From Kudoa neothunni (lineage: Eukaryota > Animalia > Cnidaria), in contig OZ199838.1 of the NCBI GenBank assembly GCA_964304625.1, positions 2,025,927 through 2,089,926 of the forward strand: 64,000 nt of DNA, in the 5' to 3' direction. The position numbers and the translations under genes were made by a program. Positions 39,273 through 53,060 of this stretch are shown in pieces; position 1 is the first letter of the stretch, and every line of letters starts with the position of its first letter. The notes under the pieces were generated by a model. That model was not told the origin of the DNA. It saw only the letters and a program-made list of their open reading frames with translations, and ran no database searches.

Positions 39273-41305
39273 AAAAGTTTCAAACTATGAATAAATCATT
39301 TGTGTTTAAAAAATGATTTATACTAAATTAAAACGAAAGTTGTAAAGCTTAGAAAATGAGGTAATAATATAATATGGATTTCCATAGAAGAACATAAACA
39401 TGAGCTTATGATTAACGGTCAATACAGAAAACTTTCTGAATATAACATATTAAAATTCAACCATGTTCATTTATAGGATTTTGGAATTTTTAGATGAAAA
39501 GGGAATGAAATTTGAGATATTTCACAAAAAATAATAAATTCAGTGTAAACGAATATAGAATAAATAATAAAAAATATTTCGGCGCAAATTACATCAGGAA
39601 ATCGATTTTCCGTAATCTCCTACGGATCAGAGAAATGTTATTGAAAATGCAACACTGATCGAGTTTACGTATTTTTTTGATGCTTGCACAGATAATTAAA
39701 ATATTTTGTATTGAAGCAATATAAAAATGTTCACAATTATTAATTTTAGGAATGATTTTTCTCTTCTCAACATAACTTGAATTAAATTTGGTGGTTATGC
39801 ATTTAGAACATCATCATTTTAAATAATGTGGTTTTTAATCGAAATACTTTTGTAGTTGGACTTTGAAAAATAAACCGTTCGTTTATTGAGAGATAGTAAT
39901 AAACTTGTTGAATTATTTGAAAAATACATGATGACATTATGTAATTTAGTTTTATTGTTAAAAATTGAGATTCAGAGACACATACAAATGGTGAACGGCA
40001 TTTTTGAAATTACTATTTTAACAAATTAGGTCTATTTTAAATATTTCATCATCACTCTTGCTTTCTTATTTTACTCAAATTGACTGGGTTAATTTTTATA
40101 ATCGTTAAAAAAATCGTCAAGTCATGTCATGTGATGACAAATCCACGTAAGATCTGAACAACTACCAGAAATGGACGTACAAAATTAGCTCATAAATCAT
40201 GTTAGATCCCTTCTCTAGATGTGAATTTGATTCCAGGCATAAACCAAAGTTTACTTTAGAAACTTTGTACATATTGCAATGATTTGACATTGTTTTATCG
40301 ATTGAATAGTATAGTTTATATAGATTGTACAAAAAAGACGGTAGAAGATCTTGCAGTAATAGCATTTGATTTCTACTACTAGTGATGGTGACGGTTTTAA
40401 GTGCATAAATCGCCAACCAAGAAAATTGACAATTTTTAAATTAAGGCGTGACATATAACCATAAAGTCTCCTAAAAATAATAAATTTTGAACTTCTTTAT
40501 TAATTTTAATCGCCTATTATATATAATACATCGGTTTTCTTGCCTCTAATGCTTTTAATCAATTATAAACTATAGCGTAAAAAGTATTTTTTTATTTTGA
40601 ATGAATCCAAACTTATTTTATACGATGAAATTAATTCGGAGTTTTCCAACCAGATCAAAATCGCGAACCGTATAAGACTTACTACCGGCTTTCGTTCGCA
40701 AATTAAAAAAAATGGATAAATAATAAACTTTTCTTTACCGATAAATTATTTACAAAGTTATCATGGATTTAATTAATTTAAAAAAAGGATTTTCAAAATT
40801 AAGTTAGGTTAAATCGTTAATCCCAATTTTTTTACAAAAAAACATAAATAAATTACTTTTTACTTGTAATTTTAGGTTTTAATTGCATAAAATAAACTTT
40901 CTTAATTTACAGAAATAAAGATAGACTCTGATAATCATATATAAGAGAAGAGAAAGTAAAAGTACATAAAACCAACTACTTACTGTATCCGTATAGAATT
41001 TTTTCATACAATGCTCAAAAATTCAAAAAATAAAATTTGATAGAACTGACAATTTACAAAATTTTATCTCACTTTTTAAGTGATATTTTTTTATTAAAAC
41101 AACCTTAAGAATGTATTTTTAATTATTCTAATTTAAAAAGAAATTCTACACTCACGCTGAATAATAAAGGAAATACAAATTTCCTATTATTGGTTGCAAG
41201 CTTTGTCAGAAATTTATTTATGTTCACAGTGGAACTACGTTGTAGCGGTTGTCTAATTCGATTACGTAATTCAATCGATAGATACATACCCGTAAAAGTT
41301 CTGGT

Positions 41306-41361
41306 TTATGTTAACGCGCCTGTGTATTGAAAATTAATTTGCCCCGCCAATAATCAATCAA

Positions 41362-41412
<51 letters not shown>

Positions 41413-42161
41413 CAAATTACCCAGTACGTCATTCTTCCAATGGTTGGGTTCAAACATTAGCGAAATCACGGCAAAAGCATACGGAAGATATATACCCTTG
41501 AACTCAATCACACCAAGTATACTGTAGACCTCATCGGGGCGGAATCGACTCCACACATACAAATACACCATCAACAAATTTGTTGCCATGAAATGCATTT
41601 TATAAAACAGTTGAAAAATCTAAACACCAATCAAAAAAGTAAAACACATGAGTAGGAGAGGGAATCCCATACATTAAATATCAACATGATCACAAAAATA
41701 AAGTACAAAAAATCTCCGGTGCGACGATAATAACAACGCACCTCCAACAAACGCATATAGCTTCCCCTAAATTGAAATCGTCATACACACATCGTTATCA
41801 CTAATAAAAACTCACATAAAGATCATATAGAATACGGGTGTCGAATCAAACTCCCCAACATACAAAAATGAGGTCAGCAATCGATAGAACTATATTTTTA
41901 TTCGATTGTGCCGAGTAATTTTATTTAAAATTCGCTCATTATAAACTACTTGAAATTTTCGAAATATCATAAACGCACTGTAATGCAAATCGTACACATG
42001 AATAAAATCCAACGACTACATAAAAATACGATTTATCTCTTTAACAACGCATATCTACAACTTACAACCAATATCGATGTGGCCAGCATAGCCACTAAAT
42101 ACAACCCGGTCACAGGTGGCATGTCTGTTATCAACAATGGCAAGTCATTTAGGTTGAACAT
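41306..42161 (-). CDS. Derlin (Der1-like ERAD membrane protein), 3' end uncertain
   Basis: DMPPVTGLYL; FQFYRLLTSFLYVG; YMRLLEVRCYYRRTGDFLYF; LMVYLYVWSRFRPD; GVIEFKGIYLPY are typical of Derlin-2/3. Short GT-AG introns. Confidence 0.85.
41366..41410. repeat. (TA)n microsatellite within a Derlin intron
   Basis: About 22 perfect TA units. Confidence 0.95.
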
Positions 42162-42735
42162 AGCAGCAGTCAATTCTGACTTGAAACTGCGTACGCATGC
42201 CGACATTTTATTTACCAATTCAGAAACACCGCAACTATCCCTTATTTGGAATATCCAAATGTGTATATAATATTGGAAATTTTGCGAGATGTTTAATAGC
42301 TTTTATCAACGTTTGAATATCATAATTTATTATGATAAGATCGTTATTTTTGAATAAATTGAAATATTATTAATTTTATTTAATTGAAATATTATTTCTT
42401 TGGATTTTAAAATAGTTGAGTGATTTAAATTTATAGACTTATTTTGATTTATTCTATTAATACAAGAAGGATATGATACTGAAAAATATAATGGCACTTT
42501 TGATTACTACATAATTCGGTGCAGCCTCGGAGTTCTAACACACATAGAAAAGGTATTCAGAACAAAAAACAATGAGGAAAAGAAATTCTAGAAGGAGAAT
42601 CGCCCGACCAAATCGTGCAACCGTCATCAAAGCATATACCTTTATGATCTATCATACGACAACCAACAAATATTTGTCCTATATTTCATTTTCATTTATT
42701 ATTTATTATTATCATTATTATTATTATTAATTATA

Positions 42736-43735
42736 CAGTAAATAACCAATTTCACGCATTTTTTAAGAACCTATTTGGCTAGAATATTGATTGGTCATTG
42801 TTTATATAGTATGTCTCTTATAATATTTCAATAAAAATTATTTTAAAAAGCTGCTAAATAACGTAACTAAATGTCACGTGATTGACCAATTTCACGCACT
42901 TTTTCGGTTACTTCTTGTTTATTATTTAGTTAGATCAATATTGAATGCCAAAAAATTCCTAATCTATATCTATTGTTGAAGGGTGTAATATTACCAATTA
43001 TTATGAACGTCTCCAATGTAATGATCCAAAAACTGCCACTGTATCACGTTTTAAATATCTATTATCTCGACTCCTAATGGCATCCTAGAGATGAAAAATA
43101 AAATGATCAAAACCTTTAAATGTTTGTAGAATCTAAAAGTAGACATTATTTGCATGCTGGACAATTTAATTCTGTTGACGAAGATGTATATGAATGGATT
43201 GGGTGGACAGGAAACAGAAAGATTGTAGTAGGTGTCGTCACGATAATCATCAAAAGAAATCAATTAGCCGAAGAAAAAGGTTTATCTTCATGTGCAATTG
43301 TGCAATTCGTGGAGGGTTTCGTTGTTTTAAAAGAGGTCCAACATTTTAAAAAAATTGTTTATTAATTAATCTGCTGATGCTACACCTGAAACTAATTCAG
43401 AATGGATCAATCAAATCGGAACATTTTTTAAAAGATACTCTGAAAATTTGACTTACAATGTAAACGAAACTGCCTTATTCTATCGATAGCAACAAGAAGA
43501 GTATTTCATAGATCGTTGAAAAATATTTTTGGTGCTGTTAACATGTTTCTCGAGTTTTAACTATCGTTTAAAAATTAATATATAGTTAACTAGTCTTTAT
43601 AAACGCAATTTAATCATTATTAAATAATTTTTTTCCTGAAATAATTGCGTTTGTAAGTGCGTGAAATTGGACGTGACCAGTTTGACCCATTTTTTCTTGG
43701 TCCCCAGGGGATTATGTGAAATTGGTTTCTTATTG
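42736..43735 (+). mobile_element. Internally deleted pogo/Tigger element, 1000 bp, inserted into an older repeat
   Basis: TA|CAGTAAATAACCAATTTCACGCA ... TGTGAAATTGGTTTCTTATTG|TA. Transposase relics GQFNSVDEDVYEW and YNVNETALFYR. Confidence 0.8.
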
Positions 43736-46239
43736 TACTTAATATTTATTTGTTTTATTTTATTTTATAGACACAAAGTATCATGTTTTTCATAGACAAG
43801 AATAGAAATATTTATTTATTTATTTATTTGATGCGCAGAGACGAATTAAACTCACTTTCATTACGTTGCGGGGGAAAAATTATGGACTTGGCTATTTGCA
43901 TGGATACATTTAATCCAATCCCCTCTCGGGACTGATTATACGCATGGATGGGAATATCTCCTAGAATATGTGAGATATTTAAAATTTGATTTCACATTTA
44001 CGATAGGTTATATTTTTCCTAAAAAATTTTCTAAAATTTTCTTAGTGCTTTTAAATGGAGGATTTGTGCATTTAAACCATTCGTTAACCATCTCTTATGC
44101 ATAAAAATCGTATTTTTCTTGAGTTAATAACAATATCCAAAGGTTATTTACGGTATTCAGTACAATTAAGTCAAATTATTTACCAAATCGTACGTTACCA
44201 ACTCGAATGAGACTCGCGTACGAGACAAACTTTCACACTTAATTCCGATGGCTAAAAATAATAAAAAAAATTAGGTTACCAAAATTCGTCTTATTTTTTT
44301 AATGAAACGATGTTTTTACCGGTCGGTTGTTATTATCTTTTTAATGTTTTAATTATATGCTCTCAAGCTTGAAAATAATTTTATCGATTTCTTAAAATAC
44401 TAGTTTTATTAAATTTATTGAGCGAAAATTTTTTAAATCAATATTAAATCAAAATTTTATTTTCAAAAAATTTAATTCAATTCTTCTTGATAAATGTTTA
44501 GGGAACCCAATAACAGACGTTCCACTCATTTTCCTCCTCCTTATAACTTTTATTTTGGATACTTCCTCCATTATAATATTAGATCAGTAAAGTACCAGGC
44601 GAGTATAAAAATGATGGAAAGTTTCGTTGTTACTTATAGTATCATACGATTGTAAATATTTGGTAATCATTATATGTTTTCTTTCAATTCTAATGGATTT
44701 CAGGTAACAGAACAATATGAAGAATTCTTACAGAGTTGAAAATCTTTTAATAATACCTTCGATATTTCATTTGTCAATTCCAATCTATCATTTGTGCAGT
44801 TTTCAAAATAATTTTCAGCATAACTTAGCCAACGATCCATTCACTTACGATCAGTTTCCTTCTTTTATCAAAATAAATATAGGGATTGTAAAATCCTTGC
44901 CCATATAATTCATCACATATGGAAACAACTTGATCGTTACTAATACTACAAACTATTTTATCGAAAATCTTCACAATAGATCTCTACTTCTCTGAATTTG
45001 TTATATATTTTCCTATTTTATCTTCACGTTGGAATATTTGTCAGAGGTGAAACCTACATATCAAAAGGGAGCAGATTCAAAAGTCATCTTAAGACACTTT
45101 CTGAGGCATTGTTATTTATCTGTTATTATTGTTCATATTTATGTCTTCAGCCAAGGAGAAACAACTGATTCATTTAATAATCATTTGATCGAATCTTTAG
45201 ATTCACCATACGATACATGCACTTGTTATAAGTCAAGCTAAACGAATCTTGTATAGTCGTTATAAAGAAAGATGCGCTAGAAATAAATATAGATACATCT
45301 AGCATATTTTAGTTTAATTGAAACGTGAGTTAAATAGTACAGTTCTCAAAAAGGGTATTCGCGGAGATTCACACTTTAAATTAACCCATAGATGCAAAAT
45401 AACTAAAAATTTTTGACATATTTTCAACGATTTGGATTAACGAAATCTAACTTATGATCATTTCTGTGAAGGTGTAAGTATCAATCCTGGCGTCCACTTA
45501 AAAATTTCATGGCCAAAAGATACCAACGCCAAATAATTCATTGTCGGAGTCGTATTTTTTTTGCATTCCCAAATTATTTAAATCCCGTTAAAATGTTACC
45601 CTAAACGTTATTTTTGGCCGGGCCCCGAAAGTTTGTGCACCACCGTGTACGGGAGTCAAACAAGTAGAACTAGATATAGAGTTAGAAGAAAATAGACGAA
45701 AATTAATTTTTATTACTCAAATTGACATCTCTTGGCCCGGAAAGAGCTTAACTAACTTTTTCCCATAAACAGCCACAAATCACGTCAACTTCAACATAAA
45801 CAATTTAAATAATCGGATGTAGTAAACGTACAACCATCTGTATTGAATTTAATCACGTAAAGCTAACTTTAGCGGGCGATTTCAATGAAATCTACGGACG
45901 CAGTATTTCCATTATAATGCTCCAATCAATGTAATTTTAACGTTCTCCGCCAATTCGTTATTCATAAAACATATATAGATTTTTTTGTTATATCTAAAAC
46001 CATCAATAGAACCTTCAAAATGTGTTTATCATGTCAAATACGTTAAAACTCCACAAATAAGGAGCGTAGATGCGCAAAATCCCAAATATACAAGCCAGCA
46101 TTATATAAAAAGTCAGATAATTTCGCTTAATTTAAATTTGATAAAGCATATAAAGGGGAAATTAACTTCAACCGACCATCAGCAGGTCATAAGCAGATGT
46201 TAATCCTATTGTTGAACTCAAGTAATTCGTTAAACAAAC

Positions 46240-46412
46240 TTTGAAGCGACAAAATCACCATTTTCTAAACACTTCTGGGAACATTCGGTCAAGTAAAAAT
46301 GATTTAAATATTTTTTGAAACATTGTGATTTTGAAAAAATGTCATAAATGTCTCTCTACAAGGAAAAAGTTTTGACACACACGGACACTTCAGCTTTATA
46401 TATATAGTAGAA
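46240..46412 (-). repeat. Possible Helitron-like 5' end
   Basis: The minus strand reads TCTACTATATATATAAAGCTGAAGTGTCCGTGTGTGTC. A loosely similar sequence lies at about 11772-11880. Confidence 0.3.
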
Positions 46413-46429
46413 GTAGGTATATAGATTCG

Positions 46430-47466
46430 CAATCATGAAAAACCTTGGTGCTTCCGTAAAATAAAAGATCTTCCACTTCCCTATTACACTAGAAAGAAGA
46501 CTTTATTGTTTCAAATATCTGATGGTATAAAAGCTGAAACTTCTCAATGTAAGAGAAGAATCATATGATTTGGTAAAAATTTCCCAGCTTATCCCACGCT
46601 AAATTTTTCGAGCATTCGACTCTGTTTTCCCTCAACAAAAACAACCCACGTATTGCGACAATCAGATCAAGGAATTATTAACGGTGTTTAATACATTTAC
46701 AAAAATCATCTGACGAATTATTTGATAAATAAAGGTGCTGTTAATTCCATTAGTATTTTTGATAGCAATTTAAATAATGATCCACCAGATTTACTTGAAG
46801 ATATGTACACGATGCAAAAAATGTGGAGAGTAGTGAGTGGAGAAACAATCAAAAACTGTTTTAAAAAATCATTCTTGTTAATAATTGTGGATTAGGAGGC
46901 ATTATCCTTTCGATTGGATGTAAATCCCTGGAAAAATTAAACTGAAGGTCGGGTTAATATATAAGAAATTACTTCATTTAAAGGTCCAGAAGGTAAATAT
47001 GTTAACTCAATAAGTAATGAAGTTGACGCGATGAATGAATCGTTTACTGATGAAAATTATGAAAAAGCTGGGCATCATTCGTTCCATTAATGAAGTCAAT
47101 GAGCATTTAAATAAATTAAGAGAAAATATTTCTTCTCGTGACTTATCTGTGTTAGAAAATAAAACAAAATTGAACCTCTCCGTCTGTAAAATAAGACACG
47201 GTTCGTAAAAGAATGATAAAATATCTGACTATTTAAAAAAATCTACATATTTTCGAATAATCATAATGTATTTATTCGATATTTGTTTTTTTTGTTTAAT
47301 ATTCAACTTCTTCTGATTATCTACGAGTTATCATTAATATATGAGAGAAAATGTAATTTTTAAATACAAAATACGACCACGCGCGAGAATGGATACCGCG
47401 TACTGCAGGGATATTACGTACCTAAAAGGTTTGTCCAAAAAAGTGCGTATTATCCCTGTACTACTG
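46430..47466 (+). pseudogene. Degraded pogo/Tigger transposase 3' half with right TIR
   Basis: Broken frames give KDLPLPYY, TTHVLRQSDQGII and MWRVVSGETIKNCFKKS. It ends GTGCGTATTATCCCTGTACTACTG|TA. Confidence 0.7.
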
Positions 47467-47859
47467 TATCTTAAACTTTCCAAATTTTGATAAAAGTTTT
47501 CCAATAAGGAATAAATTATAACGCGCCTGCTTATTGGGCGCGCAAGAATATACAAAGGATATATGCAGATTAATATTTGTCAATAAGTAAATTTATAATT
47601 ATTCTAATAAAATATTGCGGAAATATTACTCCTAAAAGTTTCAACAGCCCAGTATATATAAATAATGTTTTTCTTATGCTAATATTATCATTAATGTTTC
47701 TGTTGGCATGTATAAATTGATATAACAAGATATTTTGTAGGTAATGTGGTTGATAAAAATTGTTACGCAGAAAATAAATAATAATGCAAAAAGAAAGTTT
47801 TAGTCATTCTTATAGGAGAAGAAATAATAATAGGTTAAGTAGTAAAGGGGAAAATTAGG

Positions 47860-50021
47860 TTAAACAACGTTAACCGAAGCGACTTCATGGAATGTTGGAA
47901 AATTGAGACCATATATGATCGCCCTTACCTCGAAGAATCCTTTTTTGTTAGGAACGACATCAAATTTGGCTTTCACAGTTTTTCCAATATTGATTTTTCT
48001 ACATGGAAGCTACAAATAAAAGAGGAAATAGTAAAAAAAACTTTCGCAGCAGCTTATGCTTGGTAGGGGTGAACTCGATTTCAAGTCTTACGATAACTTC
48101 TCTCAGTTTATAGGGCATAATATTATTCATTCTGACAACGATTCTGGATTGTTGACAAACTTTTATTTCTTTTGGAAGAACTATGTCGAATGAAGGAGTT
48201 TTAAGTGACAGTTGATATGATTGTACCGACATTTTTTCTTTTTCGATGACAAAAGCCTCGACCAGTACCGCACATAAATCACTTTTGACTTTACTGAGGA
48301 TATTTTTGCCATCTACCTTAAAATTCGTGCTACTTTTCCCATCAGCATTAACCGTGACCTTCGTATGCGTAATTTCTCTAGAACGAATATTTGGATGTTG
48401 TAAAACGAAACACTTTATCAGTAGGTCAACTGGCGAATCCGACACCAGTAATAAATCCAAATTCAGGTCTAAATCCTCGCCCATCAGAATATGGTCCTTA
48501 TTATTAACCTGTTGAATTTTTAATAATTTCTCTCGATTAGGAACTTCAGTGTAAGCGCTATCAGCGGCCTTTCTAGCCATTATATCCAACAAGGAACCAT
48601 CTGTATATTTGTAGTTTTCAGTGACATCACGTCTAACGTCAGATCCAACTGACTTGGTACTTATTTCATGCCCGACTTCGGAGATTTTGATGTCGAAGGT
48701 TTCTTGTTTACCATTCACAATTCGCTTAAAGACAACATCACCGTTCACCTCACTGAATACGAACCGAGAATCAAAACCAACTTTCAGGTCACCAGCTTTA
48801 ACTGCAGCCACTGGTGATGGTCCCAAAGTGTATCTTCCATCAATACTAGCTTCCTGGGGCGTAGAATCACACACCTGCCATCCGTTATATTTCTCGAAGC
48901 CACTGCACTCCATGTAGCATTCGTTCCAACAATGGAAGTTCCAAATACTGTCTTTCGTGTGATATCTCAAATAATTGTAATCTTTGTCATAATACACTTC
49001 CATATCAAGTGTGTCATCAGTGTCATGAAGACAGTCGAAGCATGAAATGACTCTACAACCAATCCCAACTAATCGCATAACTAAACGAATGAATTATTAG
49101 ATTGGATTGTATTGTATGCAGAGAATCCAGAACTATACTTGAACATAACACTGCGGCAAAGGTAAAACATTGTCCATATTTGACTGGTTCCTTTTCTTTC
49201 AAGTACTTTTCAAATATGGCTTTAGAGCCAGTCCAATAGTGAGGAGGTTTGCCATCTGAATATTCTCCGTCCCATCTTCCTTCTAAGATACCGTCGAAAT
49301 CAATATCATTAGTTAGTGTGGTGAGTTCTCTCGCTAAACTAGAAGCACTCGACCTTAATGATTGATCAACATGCTTCAATAGATATAGCAACGTTTCGAT
49401 TGCAGGCAAGCTAAATTGATCAAGAGACCAGTGATAAGCGAATATGGAATTGGTACTTCCCTGATAGATAATGGTTTTTGTGTTGAGAATGTATTCTTTC
49501 CTATCTTCTTGTTCGGGCATATAGACTTCATCATCTGCAAGATGTGTTTTTATTGTAAATTCAGTGAAACAATTGTTTAGGAATTTACTTGGATTCCAAG
49601 GGTTGAATAGCATTAAAAATTTTTCCGACCCTAATTTTCTGTCCCCGCTCATCATTGTAATTTCATAATCGCCAGGTTCGCAATCACAGGGGGTCTCCAA
49701 CAAAAATTTAGTTTTTTCATCGGGTAATTTAAACGCTTTTAGGTTCCAATTAGATTTTAAAACATTCGTAGCAGCATAGGTCTAAGAACCATTCACATAC
49801 GATGAGCTACTACTCAAAACTACTATTTTGTTGCTGTCCACCTTGCCATCATTTGCTGCTAGACTGATTCTTATTTTATCCGGATCAATGTCGTTGCCAG
49901 CGTATAATTCTTCTCTCAATAAAAAGGTTAACGTGCCACCTCGACGAATGACAGGATGAGTCCATTCGTAAATAGTGGGCACTTCGATCTCATGTACGGA
50001 TACACTTTCGGCTAAACTCAT
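47860..50021 (-). CDS. Protein-glutamine gamma-glutamyltransferase (transglutaminase), paralog A
   Basis: PVIRRG; LFNPWN; GILEGRWDGEYSDG; catalytic triad YGQCFTF (Cys), WNFHCWNE (His), GWQVCDSTPQE (Asp); FVFSEVN; C-terminal beta-barrels. Short introns; last exon ends ...SVNVV*. Confidence 0.93.
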
Positions 50022-51779
50022 AACTATCTAATGTCAAGCTTTATAAAATGTTTATCGATAAAGCAATATTTTCAAAACATGTACGACCTCTTCGCCACCA
50101 AATTCAAATTTATTTGAGATTAATCGATATTTGGTATTTAATAGTGTGAGAAATTTTCACCAAATCGAGAATGCTTATCTGAAACTAAAATAAAAATTGT
50201 TATTGATGTACTGTTACGCATTAAAAATAGATGTATACGTATGTATCTGATATCTGTAACTTTTAGAAAAATTTTAAGTATTCTCTGTCAAATTCGATTC
50301 AGTTAAATCATTAAATTTTATACTTTTAATAATGTATTATAAACTTTGTTTACCACTAAAGATTTGATAGCAATATTTAGAATGTTAAAAAGAAACATTA
50401 ATGGCATTGTGTTAAGAGCATTTTGATTTGACGTGGAAAAATAAATAATATAATCAAATAATATGTGCCACTAATCATATATTCTACATGTAATTTATTT
50501 TGATATCTGGTCATATAGCAATCCTATAATATAAATCAAGTTTAATTAAAAAACTTATAGGACGTTACATTTAACATGTAATTGAATAAATAATTAATAT
50601 GTCAAATTGACAAATCCATCACCAAGCCCAGATAAAACTATGCTCACAAAATGTAATATAAACGCTCTTTTTTTATGTTATTAACAGAAATGTATCGAGT
50701 GAACAAAAAAAATAGAAAAAATAATAACATAATTAGAAATATCCATTTTTAACTTCATATTATTAGAATTACGGCGTTTATTCACTTTATATTTATTTTA
50801 CAACTGACCGAAATATGTAATATTTTTCAATTTGTTTAATTTCAACAACTATAGAAAACTTGTGAATCCCAAAGATTATTATTTTTTAAAATGAATGTTT
50901 TCTTTTCATTCGAGTTTACATAACAAATTTGATTAAATACCATTCTATCCTATATAAGGAGTATCAAATTAATTGCGGTAGAGAATACTATATGAAACTT
51001 AATGTAATCTTCATTTTTCTAATTCATTGTGATTGTATTAGGTATTTTTATTTTACAAAAGAAAAACTTTATTTTATAATCTTATCTATAGTGAATATAT
51101 AAATATAATGATTCATGATTGCAACGTAATTTTTGCGGGAGACAAAAAGGGGTACATACATCTTGGTCTGCATTTAGTATTAATTCATTTATCGGCCCAC
51201 AACTAATATTTCAAAATCTTTTTATATCTAATAATGAATAATCGATAATAAAGCTATAATAATAATTACGTAATTTTTACTTAAATAGTGTATAATTTCT
51301 TTTATTAAAAAAAAACTGCCGAATTTTTTAATAATGACAAGCCCAAATTTCTGTTTACTTGATGAAACCAATGGTGTAACTTATTAAGATGTAGAGCTCT
51401 GGTGTGTCAATGCGGATTCCTAAATTCTCTGGGCGATTTGAGTAAAAGCTTTTTTGGTCGGGAGCAAAAATTCGTCCTTGAAAATTCGCAGAAGCCGCCA
51501 AATATAATTTAAAACAAATTCTTGGGGAATTTAAATATTTTATGAATCCAAAAACATATGAAACCGATTTGAGATTTCCTAATTTTGGTTGTGGGCCGGT
51601 GTTGATTCACCACTGCTGTAGCCACTTAAGAGCGAGTATAATGCATCCCCTTACCTTTTCTCTTGGTGATATTGTAAGTTCAACCAACAAAACAGCGCCA
51701 TTCCGATGCTCACATAACAATACAATATACCCCCTTTAACAATAATTTTTTTGGCTTTATGGATCTTCGAAATGAGTTT

Positions 51780-52016
51780 TTATTATTTAGAGCGACCACG
51801 GCGATTCAAACGTATTCAACCGTCTTGTCTGGCGTTCCACATTGGACCGAGCTATAACTGCAAATTTATCACATTAATAGTGAGCCTACACTCTAAAAAC
51901 TATTTTTATTGCAGAATGCATACTCACATTATAGAAGCATTGTCAGGGGTTAGGTTCGAACTCAGGGCTCGCAATCTGGTGGTGTAGTACTCCAGTCCAT
52001 TGTTGGCCATCCCAAG
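51780..52016 (-). mobile_element. tRNA-derived SINE-like element or tRNA pseudogene (head at 51941-52016)
   Basis: The minus strand reads GGGATGGCCAACAATGG (A-box-like) ... GAGTTCGAACC (B-box) ... CCCTGACA, resembling tRNA-Leu. The acceptor and anticodon stems are degenerate and a GC-richer body follows. Confidence 0.5.
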
Positions 52017-52908
52017 TTCTCTCACGTTGCAGGCACTGATGTGATATTATTTTCGCGAATTTTCTTATATCTTTAAGTGGTTTCAATACATAATTAAAAT
52101 AAGAAATAAGTTAATATTTTTATCGTCAGTTTAAAATTTTATCTTAGGTTATATAACTATCCAACCTCTTAGTTTATTCTAAATCAAACGAATTATTAAT
52201 GTCGGAATTTCATTTTTTTGGTTAAATTATTACTCTTCATAAATTTATTTGGGTAATCTTTAAATGTATTATCTATACTATAGAGTATAAAATGCCTAAC
52301 CAATGTCTTTTTTTCTCAAAATATGATAGCCAATTTTATTTATGCAGTTTTTTGAAATTTCATACCAAAATAAAAATCGCACAGCACAGCACCGTTATCG
52401 TTAATATTGCTAAAATGAATTGTATTGCATTTGACTGCTCAGAGAGTTGTTCAAATTTGGTTTGTGTGAGGCGAAACACTTATAAATGTTGTTAATACAT
52501 AAAAAATAGTAAAGCAAAAACATATTAACTAACAAAAATGTAAATCCTATTTTTACTTTAAAGATCAGTAAATAATCCTAACTGAGGGTGTGGATCCACA
52601 TGAACATTTTAAATCTTTAAACTTTAATATATTTTTATTTTATTGTATTAAAAAATCTAAAGTTCGTAATAATAGAGTATATTGTAGTAGTATGGGCTCT
52701 ATTCAGAGCAATTATTATCCACGCCAATAGCCAACGCCATAAATAATTTTCCACGAAGATCGTTCTTTGAACATTTACCTAATTTTTTCAAGTCAAAAAA
52801 TAATCTACACGAGAGGAAAAAATTATTCGACTCATTAGTTTTATAATGTTATATAATCTATAATGATATTTCATTTATCAACAAATTATATCGGATGAAA
52901 TAGTAGAA

Positions 52909-53060
52909 GAATGATGCCATATGGCATCCTTGGTTGTTATCATCCTCACATCCGACATATATAATATTTTTTTAAATATTTAATGCTAAATTATATATAA
53001 ATATTTTTATTGTTCTATCAAAGTCGTAAATTACCTTTTTCTTATATCAATACAATAATA
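52909..53060. repeat. Relic of the piggyBac family at 6784-9197
   Basis: GAATGATGCCATATGGCATC palindrome plus downstream similarity to 8830-9000. Confidence 0.65.

Noticed and set aside
40162-40454. ORFs as the missing Derlin 3' exon or a separate gene
   Set aside because: No GxxxGH or SHP-like sequence and no convincing splice link.
44480-45250. Possible Tc1/IS630 transposase relic on the minus strand
   Set aside because: Only faint motif resemblance (NETF..., SVIG) and no TIRs identified; too weak to call.
51941-52016. Functional tRNA gene
   Set aside because: The acceptor and anticodon stems do not pair; reported instead as SINE-like or a pseudogene.
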